64,000 nt of DNA from Candidatus Alloenteromonas pullistercoris (GTDB taxonomy: Bacteria > Bacillota_I > Bacilli_A > RFN20 > CAG-826), in contig JADINA010000001.1 of NCBI GenBank assembly GCA_017694295.1, positions 1,117 to 65,116 on the forward strand, in the 5' to 3' direction. Under the pieces are notes generated by a model. That model saw only the letters and a program-made list of their open reading frames with translations, was not told the origin of the DNA and searched no databases. Shown piece by piece: positions 44,837 through 54,714 of this stretch. A program made the position numbers and the translations under genes. Position 1 is the stretch's first letter. The number at the start of each line of letters is the position of its first letter.

Positions 44837-45160
44837 TTATATGAACGAAATGAAATAAATAGGCATGTAGGCGATTTTGCCCTCTTCCTTGACCTGTCTC
44901 TTATTGCTAAACACGTAGGCGCTGCCGATGCTATGGCTTTGCTTTTCGGATAGCCTAGGGAGGGCACGCAAATACCTTTTCTCGGATCCCGACCTCACCT
45001 CGATTGGGCAAAGCGAGCCGCTTTCTTGGCCCTCGTTTAGGAAGTCGACCCTTCCCTCCCCCTTTTTGTCGAAGTAATAGAGCTCATGGCCATGGGCCTT
45101 CGGTTCCTGGGCGACTACCGTCTCATAGACAGAGCCGAGGTTAACCCCTTTCTCCAACAT
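44837..45160 (-). pseudogene. N-terminally truncated remnant of a DUF4143-family ATPase
   Basis: The 107-aa ORF matches only the C-terminal DUF4143 part (GSVYETVVAQE..HGHELYYFDKKGEGRVDFL...PIEVRSGSEK...IAYMPIYFISF). The AAA domain is missing, and the trxA terminator abuts it. Confidence 0.6.
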
Positions 45161-45230
45161 TTTTCATATCAGATTTTTACGCTTTTCCAACATTCTCCAA
45201 TTGTGTTAAGCCTCTGTTTGGAATATTTGC

Positions 45231-45255
45231 AAAAAGAAAACGCCCCAGCGGGGCG
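45231..45255 (-). terminator. trxA terminator
   Basis: Minus strand CGCCCC-GCT-GGGGCG hairpin followed by TTTTCTTTTT. Confidence 0.6.
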
Positions 45256-45271
45256 CCTCTTTCGCTATTTC

Positions 45272-45577
45272 TCAATAACCGAGGAATTGAAGCAATGAAT
45301 CCTTCGGCCGGAAGCCAACGGAGCGGTCTTTTATCGCCCCGGACTCGTAAAGGACGAGGGTCGGGATCGAATAGACGCCCAGCTTCGCCGCCGGCGCGCC
45401 GACTTTGTCGACGTCGACCCGCAGCACCTTCAAATCCGGGTGCTCCTCGGCGATTTCCTTGACGATGGGGCTAAGCATTTGGCAGGGCCCGCACCAGACG
45501 GCGTAGAAGTCGACGAGGACCTTTCCGCTGGCGATTTCCTTTTCGTATTGTTCGTTTGTGGTTATTTCGATTTCCAT
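45272..45577 (-). CDS. trxA: Thioredoxin
   Basis: 101 aa. Active site WCGPCQ and the overall TrxA pattern. Confidence 0.92.
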   Translation of the reverse strand: MEIEITTNEQYEKEIASGKVLVDFYAVWCGPCQMLSPIVKEIAEEHPDLKVLRVDVDKVGAPAAKLGVYSIPTLVLYESGAIKDRSVGFRPKDSLLQFLGY

Positions 45578-45595
45578 TGTCGTTGCCTCCTTTGG

Positions 45596-46525
45596 CTACA
45601 TGAATATTAAATAAAAGACGACGTAAAGAACAGCGATATGCACCGGGAAGAAGGAATAGGAGGCGATCCGCCATTTCCTTGAGTCGTATCCCCTCTTCCC
45701 CGAATAGAAGTAGATGAAGAGGATCGACAATAGGCAATAGGTCTGAATCGACATCGTGATCCCGGGCTGAAGGGGGTTATACACCGGATCGAGGAAGCCG
45801 TTGCCGACATAGGAAAGCCCCCAGAAGGCGGCGGTCGCGGCGAAGAAGAAGAGGCAGCCGAGGATGTTGATGAGGCGCCTCCCCTGGTAGGTCTCGGGGA
45901 ATATTTCCTCGCTTATCCCGAGGCTTTGGCACATTCCTTTGCTCATCTTGTAGGCGAGGGGGAAGGCATAATAGAAGCCAAGCACGGTCAATAGGCCGAA
46001 AAGGGAATAGGCCGGCCTAAGCAGGCGGGGCAGCCAAACGACCGTCACGTCTTTGGCCACCTCATAGGCCCCGACGCCATAGCAAAGCAGGTAAAAGCCT
46101 ATCGGCAATAGGGCATAGAGCTTTTTGGCGCCTTTAAGCAGGAGGCAAAACAAGACCAAGGCCGAGAAGAGCAAATCGGTGATGGGGGATGGCACGGCGT
46201 CGAGCCCGGAGATAAGCCCGTTTGGCGTGTAGGCGAGGATTAGCTGCACCCCGGTGACCAACCCATATAGGCCTAGTAGCCTAAGCAGGTAGCGCACCCT
46301 ATTATGGGAGTAGCGCATCCCCTCGGCCAAAAGCAAGGCGAAGAGGGGAAAGGAAAGCCGGCCGATGTAGCGCATGATCTCGCTCGCGGTTTCGGCGGCT
46401 TCGACGTTAGCCGCCTTGCCGGCATACATCGAAAGGAAGAGGCCGATGTGGTCGACGAGCATCAGCAAGATAGCGATGAGCTTCAGGGCGAAGCCCGAGA
46501 GGGGGAGTTTCCGGTTTTCGTTCAT
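45596..46525 (-). CDS. TraX-family membrane protein
   Basis: LKLIAILLMLVDHIG N-terminal signature. Polytopic. 4-nt overlap with the upstream CPBP gene. Confidence 0.7.
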   Translation of the reverse strand: MNENRKLPLSGFALKLIAILLMLVDHIGLFLSMYAGKAANVEAAETASEIMRYIGRLSFPLFALLLAEGMRYSHNRVRYLLRLLGLYGLVTGVQLILAYTPNGLISGLDAVPSPITDLLFSALVLFCLLLKGAKKLYALLPIGFYLLCYGVGAYEVAKDVTVVWLPRLLRPAYSLFGLLTVLGFYYAFPLAYKMSKGMCQSLGISEEIFPETYQGRRLINILGCLFFFAATAAFWGLSYVGNGFLDPVYNPLQPGITMSIQTYCLLSILFIYFYSGKRGYDSRKWRIASYSFFPVHIAVLYVVFYLIFM

Positions 46526-47526
46526 AATCCGCTCCTAAGCGAGGCGTAGTTCATCAAAACGGAGAATAGGTTGTAGAGGGCGTGGGCGGAGAAGGAACAG
46601 GGGAAGCCGAATTTGTCGTAGGCCAAGGTCAACAGCACCCCGCCGATCAAATAGCTTGGCAAATTGACCAGCTCAACGGCCATCTCGGTCGCATTGTCCC
46701 AGCTGAAGCTTACGTGGATGAGGGCGAAGACGACGATGGTGATGATGTATCCGGCAACCTTCCCAAGCCGGCTGCTTAGCCCAAATAGGCCAACCCGGTA
46801 GCCAAGCTCCTCGCAAAAGGGCCCGACGATGGAAAGGATGAAGCAGGAAAGCACTGGCGAGGCGAGGATGGCGGAGTTAAGGGCGCCCTGGTTGGCGTTG
46901 GTCGTCCCCGAATCGACGCCGAGGGCCTCATAAACCGGGTTTGTCACCAACATCCCATAGGCGACGGTCGCGACGATGATGATGGCGGCAAATCCGATGC
47001 CAACTAGAACGTTTTTCCATTTGGCGAAGCTGCGGATGAGCTTTTCCCAATCCTTCCAAAGTAGCAACCCGGCCGCTACCCCGGCTAGGCAATAGCTGAT
47101 CGAAAGATAGAGGATGCCGAATTCCCCGCTTGCGATGTATTCGTTATAGCCATCGAGGTCGGCTGGGGCGTTAATGGCGAGCAGGATCGCCTGGACGATG
47201 AGCATGATGAGGCTAAGCCCCAATAAGGACAAAGCCAAGAAGCCGATTTGCTTGTAAATGGAAACTTGGAGGAAATTGCCATAGGTCCGCTTAACGTATG
47301 GGTCGGGGGAGGGGGCGAAGCAATAGGGGCAGCAGGGCGATGTCGGGTCGACGGGTTTGCCGCAGCTAGGGCAATATCTACTTTTGAAATAGTTTTTCAC
47401 GCCCGGCAATATAAACGGAAAAGCTGGCAAAGTAAATCGGCGCGGGCGCCGCCATTTGTCAATAGAAGAATTTTTCCTTAACGGATAATGGCCTTTTGCG
47501 GGCTTTGGTATCGCTTTTGCGCGCAT
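46522..47526 (-). CDS. CPBP-family intramembrane glutamic endopeptidase with an N-terminal zinc ribbon
   Basis: CPSCGKPVDPTSPCCPYCF. CPBP motifs EELGYRVGLFG, FALIHV, HALYN. Confidence 0.75.
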   Translation of the reverse strand: MRAKAIPKPAKGHYPLRKNSSIDKWRRPRRFTLPAFPFILPGVKNYFKSRYCPSCGKPVDPTSPCCPYCFAPSPDPYVKRTYGNFLQVSIYKQIGFLALSLLGLSLIMLIVQAILLAINAPADLDGYNEYIASGEFGILYLSISYCLAGVAAGLLLWKDWEKLIRSFAKWKNVLVGIGFAAIIIVATVAYGMLVTNPVYEALGVDSGTTNANQGALNSAILASPVLSCFILSIVGPFCEELGYRVGLFGLSSRLGKVAGYIITIVVFALIHVSFSWDNATEMAVELVNLPSYLIGGVLLTLAYDKFGFPCSFSAHALYNLFSVLMNYASLRSGL

Positions 47527-47564
47527 TTTTGGGAAATTTTGGATGCCGGTTCCAATTTTGCCCT

Positions 47565-47593
47565 TTGTCTTGGCCCCTCCTCACGCGCATAAT
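47565..47593 (+). promoter_or_regulatory. Promoter of the giant ORF
   Basis: -35 TTGTCT (47565-47570), 17-nt spacer, -10 CATAAT (47588-47593). AGGAAGAG lies before the ATG at 47614. Confidence 0.45.
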
Positions 47594-47613
47594 ATGCGTA
47601 ATAGGAAGAGAAG

Positions 47614-50600
47614 ATGAAACCCTTTGTCAGCCTAACCCTGATTGAAGCAAGCGAGGTCTTCCGCTATTTGGAGATCGGTCTCAACGTCGCCTTCTACGCC
47701 GTCTTGGCCGTTTTGATCCTCTCCTTCCTTTGGGGCCTTATCCACGGATGGCGCTACGGCACCTACCATTTCCTCTTCCTCGGCATTTTGGTCGCCGTCG
47801 CCTTTTTGACCCTTTCGCCCATCGGCGATATGGTCGCCGAGGCCGACATGAGCTCGCTTGTGTCCCAAGTTGGGATGACCGAGCTCACCTTCGATATGGC
47901 CGGGCAGACCATCAGCGTCCCCATCACGAGCTTGAAGGAAACGCTCACGGCCCTGTTCACCGAGATAATCGAGGCCAACGGGGCAAGTGCTTCCGCCGCC
48001 GACATCGCTTCCTACGCCTCGGCCCTTGCCATCTCGGTCGTCAAATTGCTCCTTCTCATAGTCGAGGCCATTCTCATAGCCGTCGTCGGCTCCTTCTTGG
48101 CCTGGGTGCTTTGGCATATCGCCTTCAAGTGGTTCCTCAACCCAAAGGTCAAGGTTAATAGCTACGACGCCAACGACGAGCTAATCGTGCGCAAGGTCAA
48201 GCGGAAGCGCCGCCTCCGCCTCGTCTCGGCCTTCGAGCAGCTCGTCATCTCCGGCGTCATCTTCGCCATGATGATCATGCCCCTCACCGCCTTGGTCAAC
48301 ACGGTCAACAACAACCTCGACCTCGACGAGGAGCAATCCGCCCAAAACGAATACGTCTCCCTGGCCTATGACGTCCTTGACGCCTACGACAACTCGATCT
48401 TCGCCCAGGTTTATTTCAACTGGACGCGAGACGACGGCGAGCAGACCTTCGATTCCAAGTTCCTTTCCTTTGTCACCTCGACCAAGGTCGACGAGATCGA
48501 GACCGACATCATCACCGAGCTTTCCTCAATCGCCGGGCTAGGCGAGGAGATCGTCAACTCCGGGCTATTAAGCGCCGTCGGGACGGATGGGATGCGCTGG
48601 AGCTTCCTGCTCGCCACCTCCCTCGTCCCCAACCTCCTCCGCTCGGTGACCGACGTCGATTTGGTCCAAGTCGCCCTCCCCGTGGCCGCCTCCATCGCCT
48701 TGAATTTGCCTGAGCTCAAGGAATTGCTTGGGGATGACACAATCGAGTATCTGACCTCGCAATCATACGATTGGACTGAGGAGCTAGAAAACCTCGCCTC
48801 CATCTACGACGACCTCCTACTCTCCGGATTCTTCGACGTCGTGGTCGACGAGGTCAGCATGACCCCATCGTTCAACCTCGCCCAAATCGCCTCCATCTTC
48901 TCCTCGGAGGAAACCTATGAGGCCTTCACCTCGGCTTTAAGCAAAGGCGACCGCGACTTGGTCAACCACCTCCTTGCCGGGGTTATGTTCACGATGGCGG
49001 AAAACGCCGAGGGCGAATCCGATAGCCCCTTCGCCCTGAAGATGTTCCTTCAGCCCGACGCCGACGCCCCCCTCGATTACGATTCGATCTCCTCGATCCA
49101 ATGGTTCGATGAGCTTTCCATCGTCTACGAGACCATCTACGAGTTCGTCAACATCGACGAAGAGGCGATGGACGACGTCTTCGATGACCTCCCGACCATC
49201 GGCATTGGGGCTAACCCAAATAGGCGTAACGCCGCCTCCTCCGAAGGGGAAGGCCAAAGCTCCTCCATCTTGGATAACCCCATCGTCAACGGGTTGCTTA
49301 ACATCGTCATCGACCATCCCAAGGAAGTAGGCGAGGTTTTAGCCGGCAGCCGCGACGCCTCTGGCGAGCCCACCGGCGTCGACGAGGACGGCATAACCTC
49401 TTCCGGCAGCCGGAACCTCCTCGATTCCGCCCTCATCGGCAATGCCCTCGATGACCTCCTCCCGGCATTGGAGTCCTCGATCCCCGAGGATTACGGGGAA
49501 ATCGACCTTTCCGAAGCCCAAGGCGAATTGGTGGGGGAGGAAATAGGCGACACCCGGGTCAACTTCAAGCGCGAATTCGGCGCCATCCTCGACATCGCCG
49601 CCGAATTGGCCTCGACCGAGGAGGGCAAGGCCTTCCTCAAAGACCCCGCTTCCCAAGCCGGCATCAACTACGACCCCGACGGATCGCTTAACTCAATCGA
49701 CGAGGGGCTCCTCGATTCCCTCATATCCGCTTGCGAGGGGATCGATAGGTCGTGCATCCTGACCTCGGCTTTGCCTGGGGTTTTGGAATCCGCCATCCCC
49801 GAGGAGCAGCTAGAGGAATTCGGCCTCGTCGTGCCTTTGGATTACCATGCCGAGGACATCGGCCATGAGGCGGCGAAATTGCTTAGCATCGCCCGCGAAT
49901 GCCCGCTTCTACTGGCTAATCTCTCCTCTTTTTCGACCTTGGACTCCTCCTCGCTTACCCGTCTATTCACCCTCGCTCAGGACGAGGTCCGCTACCTCCT
50001 TGATACCTTCATAAACTCAAAGGTCCTTAACCCGATAAGCGAAGGCGTCGCCAACCAGAATTTCTGCGGGCTCGTCAATAACCTCCTTTCCTTGGCTGGG
50101 GAGGACGTCGCCTTCGAATCCTTGACCCCGGAGATGCTTGAGGACATCCCCGAGCTCACCTCCACTTGGGAAAATGGGGAGATAACCCGCCAAGGGGAAA
50201 CCTATTTCCTCGTCAAAGCCCTTCTAAGCGTCTTGAATTCGGGGCTGCTTGATCGAATCGACGGGGTGACGGGAGGTGATTTTTCTTCCCTATCCGGCCT
50301 TGACATCGAAAGCGTCTTCTCCGCCATCGGCGATTCGGCCATCATGAGCCATCTTGGCGCCGGGCTGCTCGATTCCTATATCCTCGAGCCGCTTTCGATA
50401 GGGTCAGGGGAAGGCCAAATCGACCTAAACATCTCCTTCCATAACATCACCGATTGGGATAAGGAGGGGGCCGCCTTCCAATCCATCATCGACTTGGCCG
50501 CCTCGGGGTTGGACCTCGCTAACCTCGACTTAGCCCAAATGGGCCCCGAGCTTTCCGCGCTTCTTTGCGACCTCGCCTCTAGCGGCATCTTCACCGACGG

Positions 50601-53600
50601 TGAGGAATACCTTTTCCCCGAATACATCTACAACAAATTGCTTTTGTCCCTTGGCGACGCCGACCTCGCCTATTTCCTCGACCCCGGCATCGAAAACCCC
50701 GACCTCTCGAGCCTAGAAGCCAAGCATAACGTCACCAAGTGGCTATATTTCGATATGGTCGAAAACCTAAGCGAGGCCGAGGATTGGATAGGCGAAGGCG
50801 GGGAGGTATACGCATTGACCTCGGTGTTATCGAGCTTTGCCTCCACCGGCGGGCTCTCCTCCCTTTCCGATTTCTCCTATTCGCGGATAATCTGGCTGCG
50901 CGATGCGGTGGGGGATATTTGCCTTTCCCGCTCGCTTGGCCGCATCCTCCCCTATAACGCCATAACCGATGGCATCGATTCCTTTGCCTCCTCCTCGGCT
51001 TTGCCGCTTGATTTCTCCGCCATCGACGCCTCCTACTTCCTCCATGACGAGGATGGTGACTTCTCGACCATCAATCCGATGCGGCAAACCTCCTCAATCG
51101 ACGATTACGCGGATAACGCGGCTGAATCCGATAGGCTCTTCGAGGTCGTCGGCTTCCTCGTCGACCCGACCTATGGCTTAGTCGATGAAGGCGGCTACTT
51201 CAAGGAAGGGGCCTTGAACATCGGCGCCATCTCCTCCGATTACCTCGTCCGCCCGCTTCTTCATGGGGCTTCCGATTCCATATTGCTCACCTCCTGCGCT
51301 TCTTCCGCGCGGGCCAGCGTCTTCGATCAGCTGCTTGAGACGCTGCTGCTTGAATCCGATTTATATGGCGTGGACGACGTCTACACCCCGGTTTCCGAAT
51401 ACGGTCACATCTCGATTTCCGATATCGTCGCCTCGATCCCCGACTCCGATATGGAAGGGGAGACCGAGCGGCTTTGCATCTTGCTCGACCTCGTCCAATC
51501 CTCCTCCTTCGTCGACGCCTCCGGCGACCTCGATTTAAGCGCCATAAGCGACCCCGCCTCCTATTTCTCTTTTGATGCAAAGGCCAAGAAGGAGGAGATG
51601 GAAGGGATATTGGGCGCCTTCAATTCCTCCGCCTTGCTTTACCGCGCCCTCCCGAAACTGCTTGATGACGCCTTGTTCGATGATAACGGCGACCCTGTTT
51701 TCTCCTTGGGCTCGCTTGATCCATCGATCCTTTCCTCCATCGATCCCTATTTCACCTTCGACGAAGAGGAGGGCGATCTTTCCCGATACCCCGAGCAGGA
51801 GATATCCAACCTCGTCGACATCCTCTCCTGCGTCGGCTCGCTTTCCTCCCTCGACACCTCCGATCTTTCCTCCCTCGACTCGGCCCTTGTTTCCTCGACT
51901 TTGACCAAGATGATGCATTCGGGCCTATTCAACTCGAAAGTCGATGGGCAAGATGGCCTCACCTCCTTCCAGAAGATGGTGGCCGAGCTATTGAAGTCGG
52001 ACGCCTTATCCGAATACCTTTACCTAGGCGAATCGCCCAAAGACCAAGCCGCTACCTATGCAAACGCGGAGGAAAAAGCCGATTGGATCATAAAAAGCAA
52101 CTTCCCCCTTCTTTATGGCGATGAGCTCCTTTCCTCCCAAGACGACTTGCTTCAAGGCGAGGGGTCGCTAGAGGACGTGCTCTCCCTTTTCCAGTCCGAG
52201 GACATCTCGCGCCTGCTCCAAGGCGGGCAATTCGACTTCGATTCGCTTGAGCCCGGGGCTTTCGTTAGCCTGCTCACCGCCCTTAACGATTCGCCCCTTC
52301 TATTCGACTTGGTGCCGAACATTATCTACAAAACCCTCAATTCCCCCTCCTTCGCCGTCGAGGGCATCGATTTAAGCAAAGCCAACCCGTTCTTCTCCTA
52401 TTATTCTGGTTCGGCCTTCAACCCGAATTATTCGGCCCGTTTCGACGAAACCGAGATCTACCAGCTTTCCGCCATCCTCTCGACCTTGTCCTCAAGCTCC
52501 TCCCTCCTAAGCGACCTAAGCGACCTTTCCGCCCTTGATCCGCTTCTATTCAGGGGGATGCTCATCGACATGAAGAACTCCTATGTCTTCCATATGGCTG
52601 GGCTGCCGCAAGGGAGCGAGCAGGAGGGCGCCCACCTCGATTACGAGGGCAACTTCGCCTATTCCGATTTGACCGTTTTCGAGCAATTGATGTTCAAGGT
52701 GTATGACGAATCCGGCCTCGCGAGCCTCAATTACTCCCTCCAGTCCGACGCCGCCTCCTATTTGCTTTACGATTCCTCCGCCTATGGTGATGAGCAGCAG
52801 AAGGAAATCGGCTATAAATTCAAGCTCCACGACCAAATCGCCTCCTTTGAGAAAGGCAATTCATGGTTAGAGGAGATAAAAGCTCTTACCGTCGATTTTG
52901 CTTATAAAGGCGGGCAAATCAGCGAATCAGGCTTGCTTAATTTCCTCCTTGATTCCTCCTTCGTCGACGAGGGCGGGCAGTTTAACTTCTCCGCCTCCTC
53001 GATTAGGGGATTGCCCCCGGATGAGCTGCGCGGCCTCTTCACTTCCGTCAACGAGCTTAGCCTTTGCGGCGACCTCCTTCCCAATGTCTTGACTGACCTC
53101 CTTTCCGACGTTGGCCTCGACCGCTTCTCCTCCATCTCCCCCGAAGGCGGGATTTCCATCGAACTTGGCCAAACTCCGCAAAACCTCGGCGAAAAATATG
53201 GAACCTACTTCGAATCCGGGCATCCGCTTTCATTGGAAATCGATAGTTCAGACTTGCAGGGTGTTAGCGGCGCCCTCCTAGTCAGCTCCGAAGTCGATGG
53301 AGAGAAAATCGACTTCACCCCGTTGCTAAGCTCGCTGCTTTCGCTAAACGAGGATTCCGGGAAGGTCGAGCTTGACCTCTCCCCGATCCCCGGCTCCATC
53401 TCAATCGCCTCCTCCTCTCCTCTTTCCTCATCCTTGATTTCCTATGACACCACCTCCTACCGCTTCACCCAGCAAAGCCTAAAGGAAAAGGACATCGATT
53501 TGCTTTGCGACCTCCTCGAAAGCGTCTACATCGAAGGCGACGACCCCTCGACCGCGGAAGTCGAGGAAGGCTATTACTTCGACTTCAAAGCCGCCTCCTC

Positions 53601-54714
53601 AAGCTCGGGGGCCGACGTCCTTCTCCGTTTCCAGGAGGCTGGGCTGAAATCGCAAGCCATTCTCACCTTCTTCCAGCAATCGAACATCTTCTCCAACAGG
53701 ATAAACCCGGATTACGAGTCCAACGGGTCGGCCTTCACCAACATCGACGAAACCTCTTACGCCTATTCGCGCGATTACGCCCTCTATAACCTCTTCGCCG
53801 TCACCTCGAGCTTCGACCTCGAGGATCTTAGCGGCATCCTCCCCGGCGGGTCGGCCATTCACTTCCCCGAGGTCCATTTGCTCGATAGGATGCTCCCGGA
53901 TGCCGAGCGCAACGAGCCTAACGTTTTGCTCGCCACCCATGATGCGCTTGGTGAGGAGGGCGATTACGCCAACCTATCGGCCGACTCGCTTTATCTTGAT
54001 GAACACCTGATGGCGCTTACGGCCATCGAGGGCTTCGTCTCCGTCCTCTCCCAGTTTGAGGGACTTGTCCCGGAAAACCCGATAGTCGACCACGACGTCT
54101 TGGTTGCAAGGGCCGTGCAAGAAGCCGCAAGGAACTCAGTCTCGCAGTTAGTCGATTTCGCCCTCGCCTTCTCGCCCTTTGATTATTCTGGCTTTGCAAA
54201 GGGGCAGGAACATAAACCCGCCGTCCTTGGCGACGTATTGGCCGGGGAGATGGATGGCATCATGCGCGCCTTCTACGACAACCACGTCCTCGATTTGACG
54301 ATCAACACCGAAGACCAAGCGAATAGGCCCTCCCGCGATTACCTTGGCTTCGACCTCGAAACCCACTTCCCCGACGTCTATTCCGACCTCGATCTGGTTT
54401 ATCGAGGCGAGGCGCAGCATTTGTTCTCCGCGACCATCGCCTTCTATGCCGTCAACATCGACTCTTCCCTCGCCCTCCCCTTCGATCCGTATGAGCGGTA
54501 TGCAACGCTTGATGGCTATGCGGGCTTGCTCCGCAACGAGGCCGCCTTGCTTTACCATTCGTTGGTCTACGAATCGCTTACCCCGCCCCCGCATTACCAT
54601 TATTTCGATTTCACCGACGCCAACTTAAACGTCGATGAGGGCCTCGCGATTGGGGAGACCGTCCCGTTCTCGTTCGAGCGCGTCGCCGAACTATCCAAAG
54701 CCGGTTTGATATGA
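47614..54714 (+). CDS. Giant (2366 aa) acidic, N-terminally multi-TM-anchored protein of unknown function
   Basis: Uninterrupted 7.1-kb ORF. About 5 N-terminal TM helices, then a D/E/S/L-rich region with a recurring degenerate ...LL...LP..L... helix motif. I recognise no domain. Confidence 0.75.
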   Translation: MKPFVSLTLIEASEVFRYLEIGLNVAFYAVLAVLILSFLWGLIHGWRYGTYHFLFLGILVAVAFLTLSPIGDMVAEADMSSLVSQVGMTELTFDMAGQTISVPITSLKETLTALFTEIIEANGASASAADIASYASALAISVVKLLLLIVEAILIAVVGSFLAWVLWHIAFKWFLNPKVKVNSYDANDELIVRKVKRKRRLRLVSAFEQLVISGVIFAMMIMPLTALVNTVNNNLDLDEEQSAQNEYVSLAYDVLDAYDNSIFAQVYFNWTRDDGEQTFDSKFLSFVTSTKVDEIETDIITELSSIAGLGEEIVNSGLLSAVGTDGMRWSFLLATSLVPNLLRSVTDVDLVQVALPVAASIALNLPELKELLGDDTIEYLTSQSYDWTEELENLASIYDDLLLSGFFDVVVDEVSMTPSFNLAQIASIFSSEETYEAFTSALSKGDRDLVNHLLAGVMFTMAENAEGESDSPFALKMFLQPDADAPLDYDSISSIQWFDELSIVYETIYEFVNIDEEAMDDVFDDLPTIGIGANPNRRNAASSEGEGQSSSILDNPIVNGLLNIVIDHPKEVGEVLAGSRDASGEPTGVDEDGITSSGSRNLLDSALIGNALDDLLPALESSIPEDYGEIDLSEAQGELVGEEIGDTRVNFKREFGAILDIAAELASTEEGKAFLKDPASQAGINYDPDGSLNSIDEGLLDSLISACEGIDRSCILTSALPGVLESAIPEEQLEEFGLVVPLDYHAEDIGHEAAKLLSIARECPLLLANLSSFSTLDSSSLTRLFTLAQDEVRYLLDTFINSKVLNPISEGVANQNFCGLVNNLLSLAGEDVAFESLTPEMLEDIPELTSTWENGEITRQGETYFLVKALLSVLNSGLLDRIDGVTGGDFSSLSGLDIESVFSAIGDSAIMSHLGAGLLDSYILEPLSIGSGEGQIDLNISFHNITDWDKEGAAFQSIIDLAASGLDLANLDLAQMGPELSALLCDLASSGIFTDGEEYLFPEYIYNKLLLSLGDADLAYFLDPGIENPDLSSLEAKHNVTKWLYFDMVENLSEAEDWIGEGGEVYALTSVLSSFASTGGLSSLSDFSYSRIIWLRDAVGDICLSRSLGRILPYNAITDGIDSFASSSALPLDFSAIDASYFLHDEDGDFSTINPMRQTSSIDDYADNAAESDRLFEVVGFLVDPTYGLVDEGGYFKEGALNIGAISSDYLVRPLLHGASDSILLTSCASSARASVFDQLLETLLLESDLYGVDDVYTPVSEYGHISISDIVASIPDSDMEGETERLCILLDLVQSSSFVDASGDLDLSAISDPASYFSFDAKAKKEEMEGILGAFNSSALLYRALPKLLDDALFDDNGDPVFSLGSLDPSILSSIDPYFTFDEEEGDLSRYPEQEISNLVDILSCVGSLSSLDTSDLSSLDSALVSSTLTKMMHSGLFNSKVDGQDGLTSFQKMVAELLKSDALSEYLYLGESPKDQAATYANAEEKADWIIKSNFPLLYGDELLSSQDDLLQGEGSLEDVLSLFQSEDISRLLQGGQFDFDSLEPGAFVSLLTALNDSPLLFDLVPNIIYKTLNSPSFAVEGIDLSKANPFFSYYSGSAFNPNYSARFDETEIYQLSAILSTLSSSSSLLSDLSDLSALDPLLFRGMLIDMKNSYVFHMAGLPQGSEQEGAHLDYEGNFAYSDLTVFEQLMFKVYDESGLASLNYSLQSDAASYLLYDSSAYGDEQQKEIGYKFKLHDQIASFEKGNSWLEEIKALTVDFAYKGGQISESGLLNFLLDSSFVDEGGQFNFSASSIRGLPPDELRGLFTSVNELSLCGDLLPNVLTDLLSDVGLDRFSSISPEGGISIELGQTPQNLGEKYGTYFESGHPLSLEIDSSDLQGVSGALLVSSEVDGEKIDFTPLLSSLLSLNEDSGKVELDLSPIPGSISIASSSPLSSSLISYDTTSYRFTQQSLKEKDIDLLCDLLESVYIEGDDPSTAEVEEGYYFDFKAASSSSGADVLLRFQEAGLKSQAILTFFQQSNIFSNRINPDYESNGSAFTNIDETSYAYSRDYALYNLFAVTSSFDLEDLSGILPGGSAIHFPEVHLLDRMLPDAERNEPNVLLATHDALGEEGDYANLSADSLYLDEHLMALTAIEGFVSVLSQFEGLVPENPIVDHDVLVARAVQEAARNSVSQLVDFALAFSPFDYSGFAKGQEHKPAVLGDVLAGEMDGIMRAFYDNHVLDLTINTEDQANRPSRDYLGFDLETHFPDVYSDLDLVYRGEAQHLFSATIAFYAVNIDSSLALPFDPYERYATLDGYAGLLRNEAALLYHSLVYESLTPPPHYHYFDFTDANLNVDEGLAIGETVPFSFERVAELSKAGLI

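Noticed and set aside
44589-44858. ORFs 44589-44858(+) and 44594-44788(-) from the track.
   Set aside because: They overlap the two tRNA genes and their promoter. The translated sequences are tRNA read-through artefacts.
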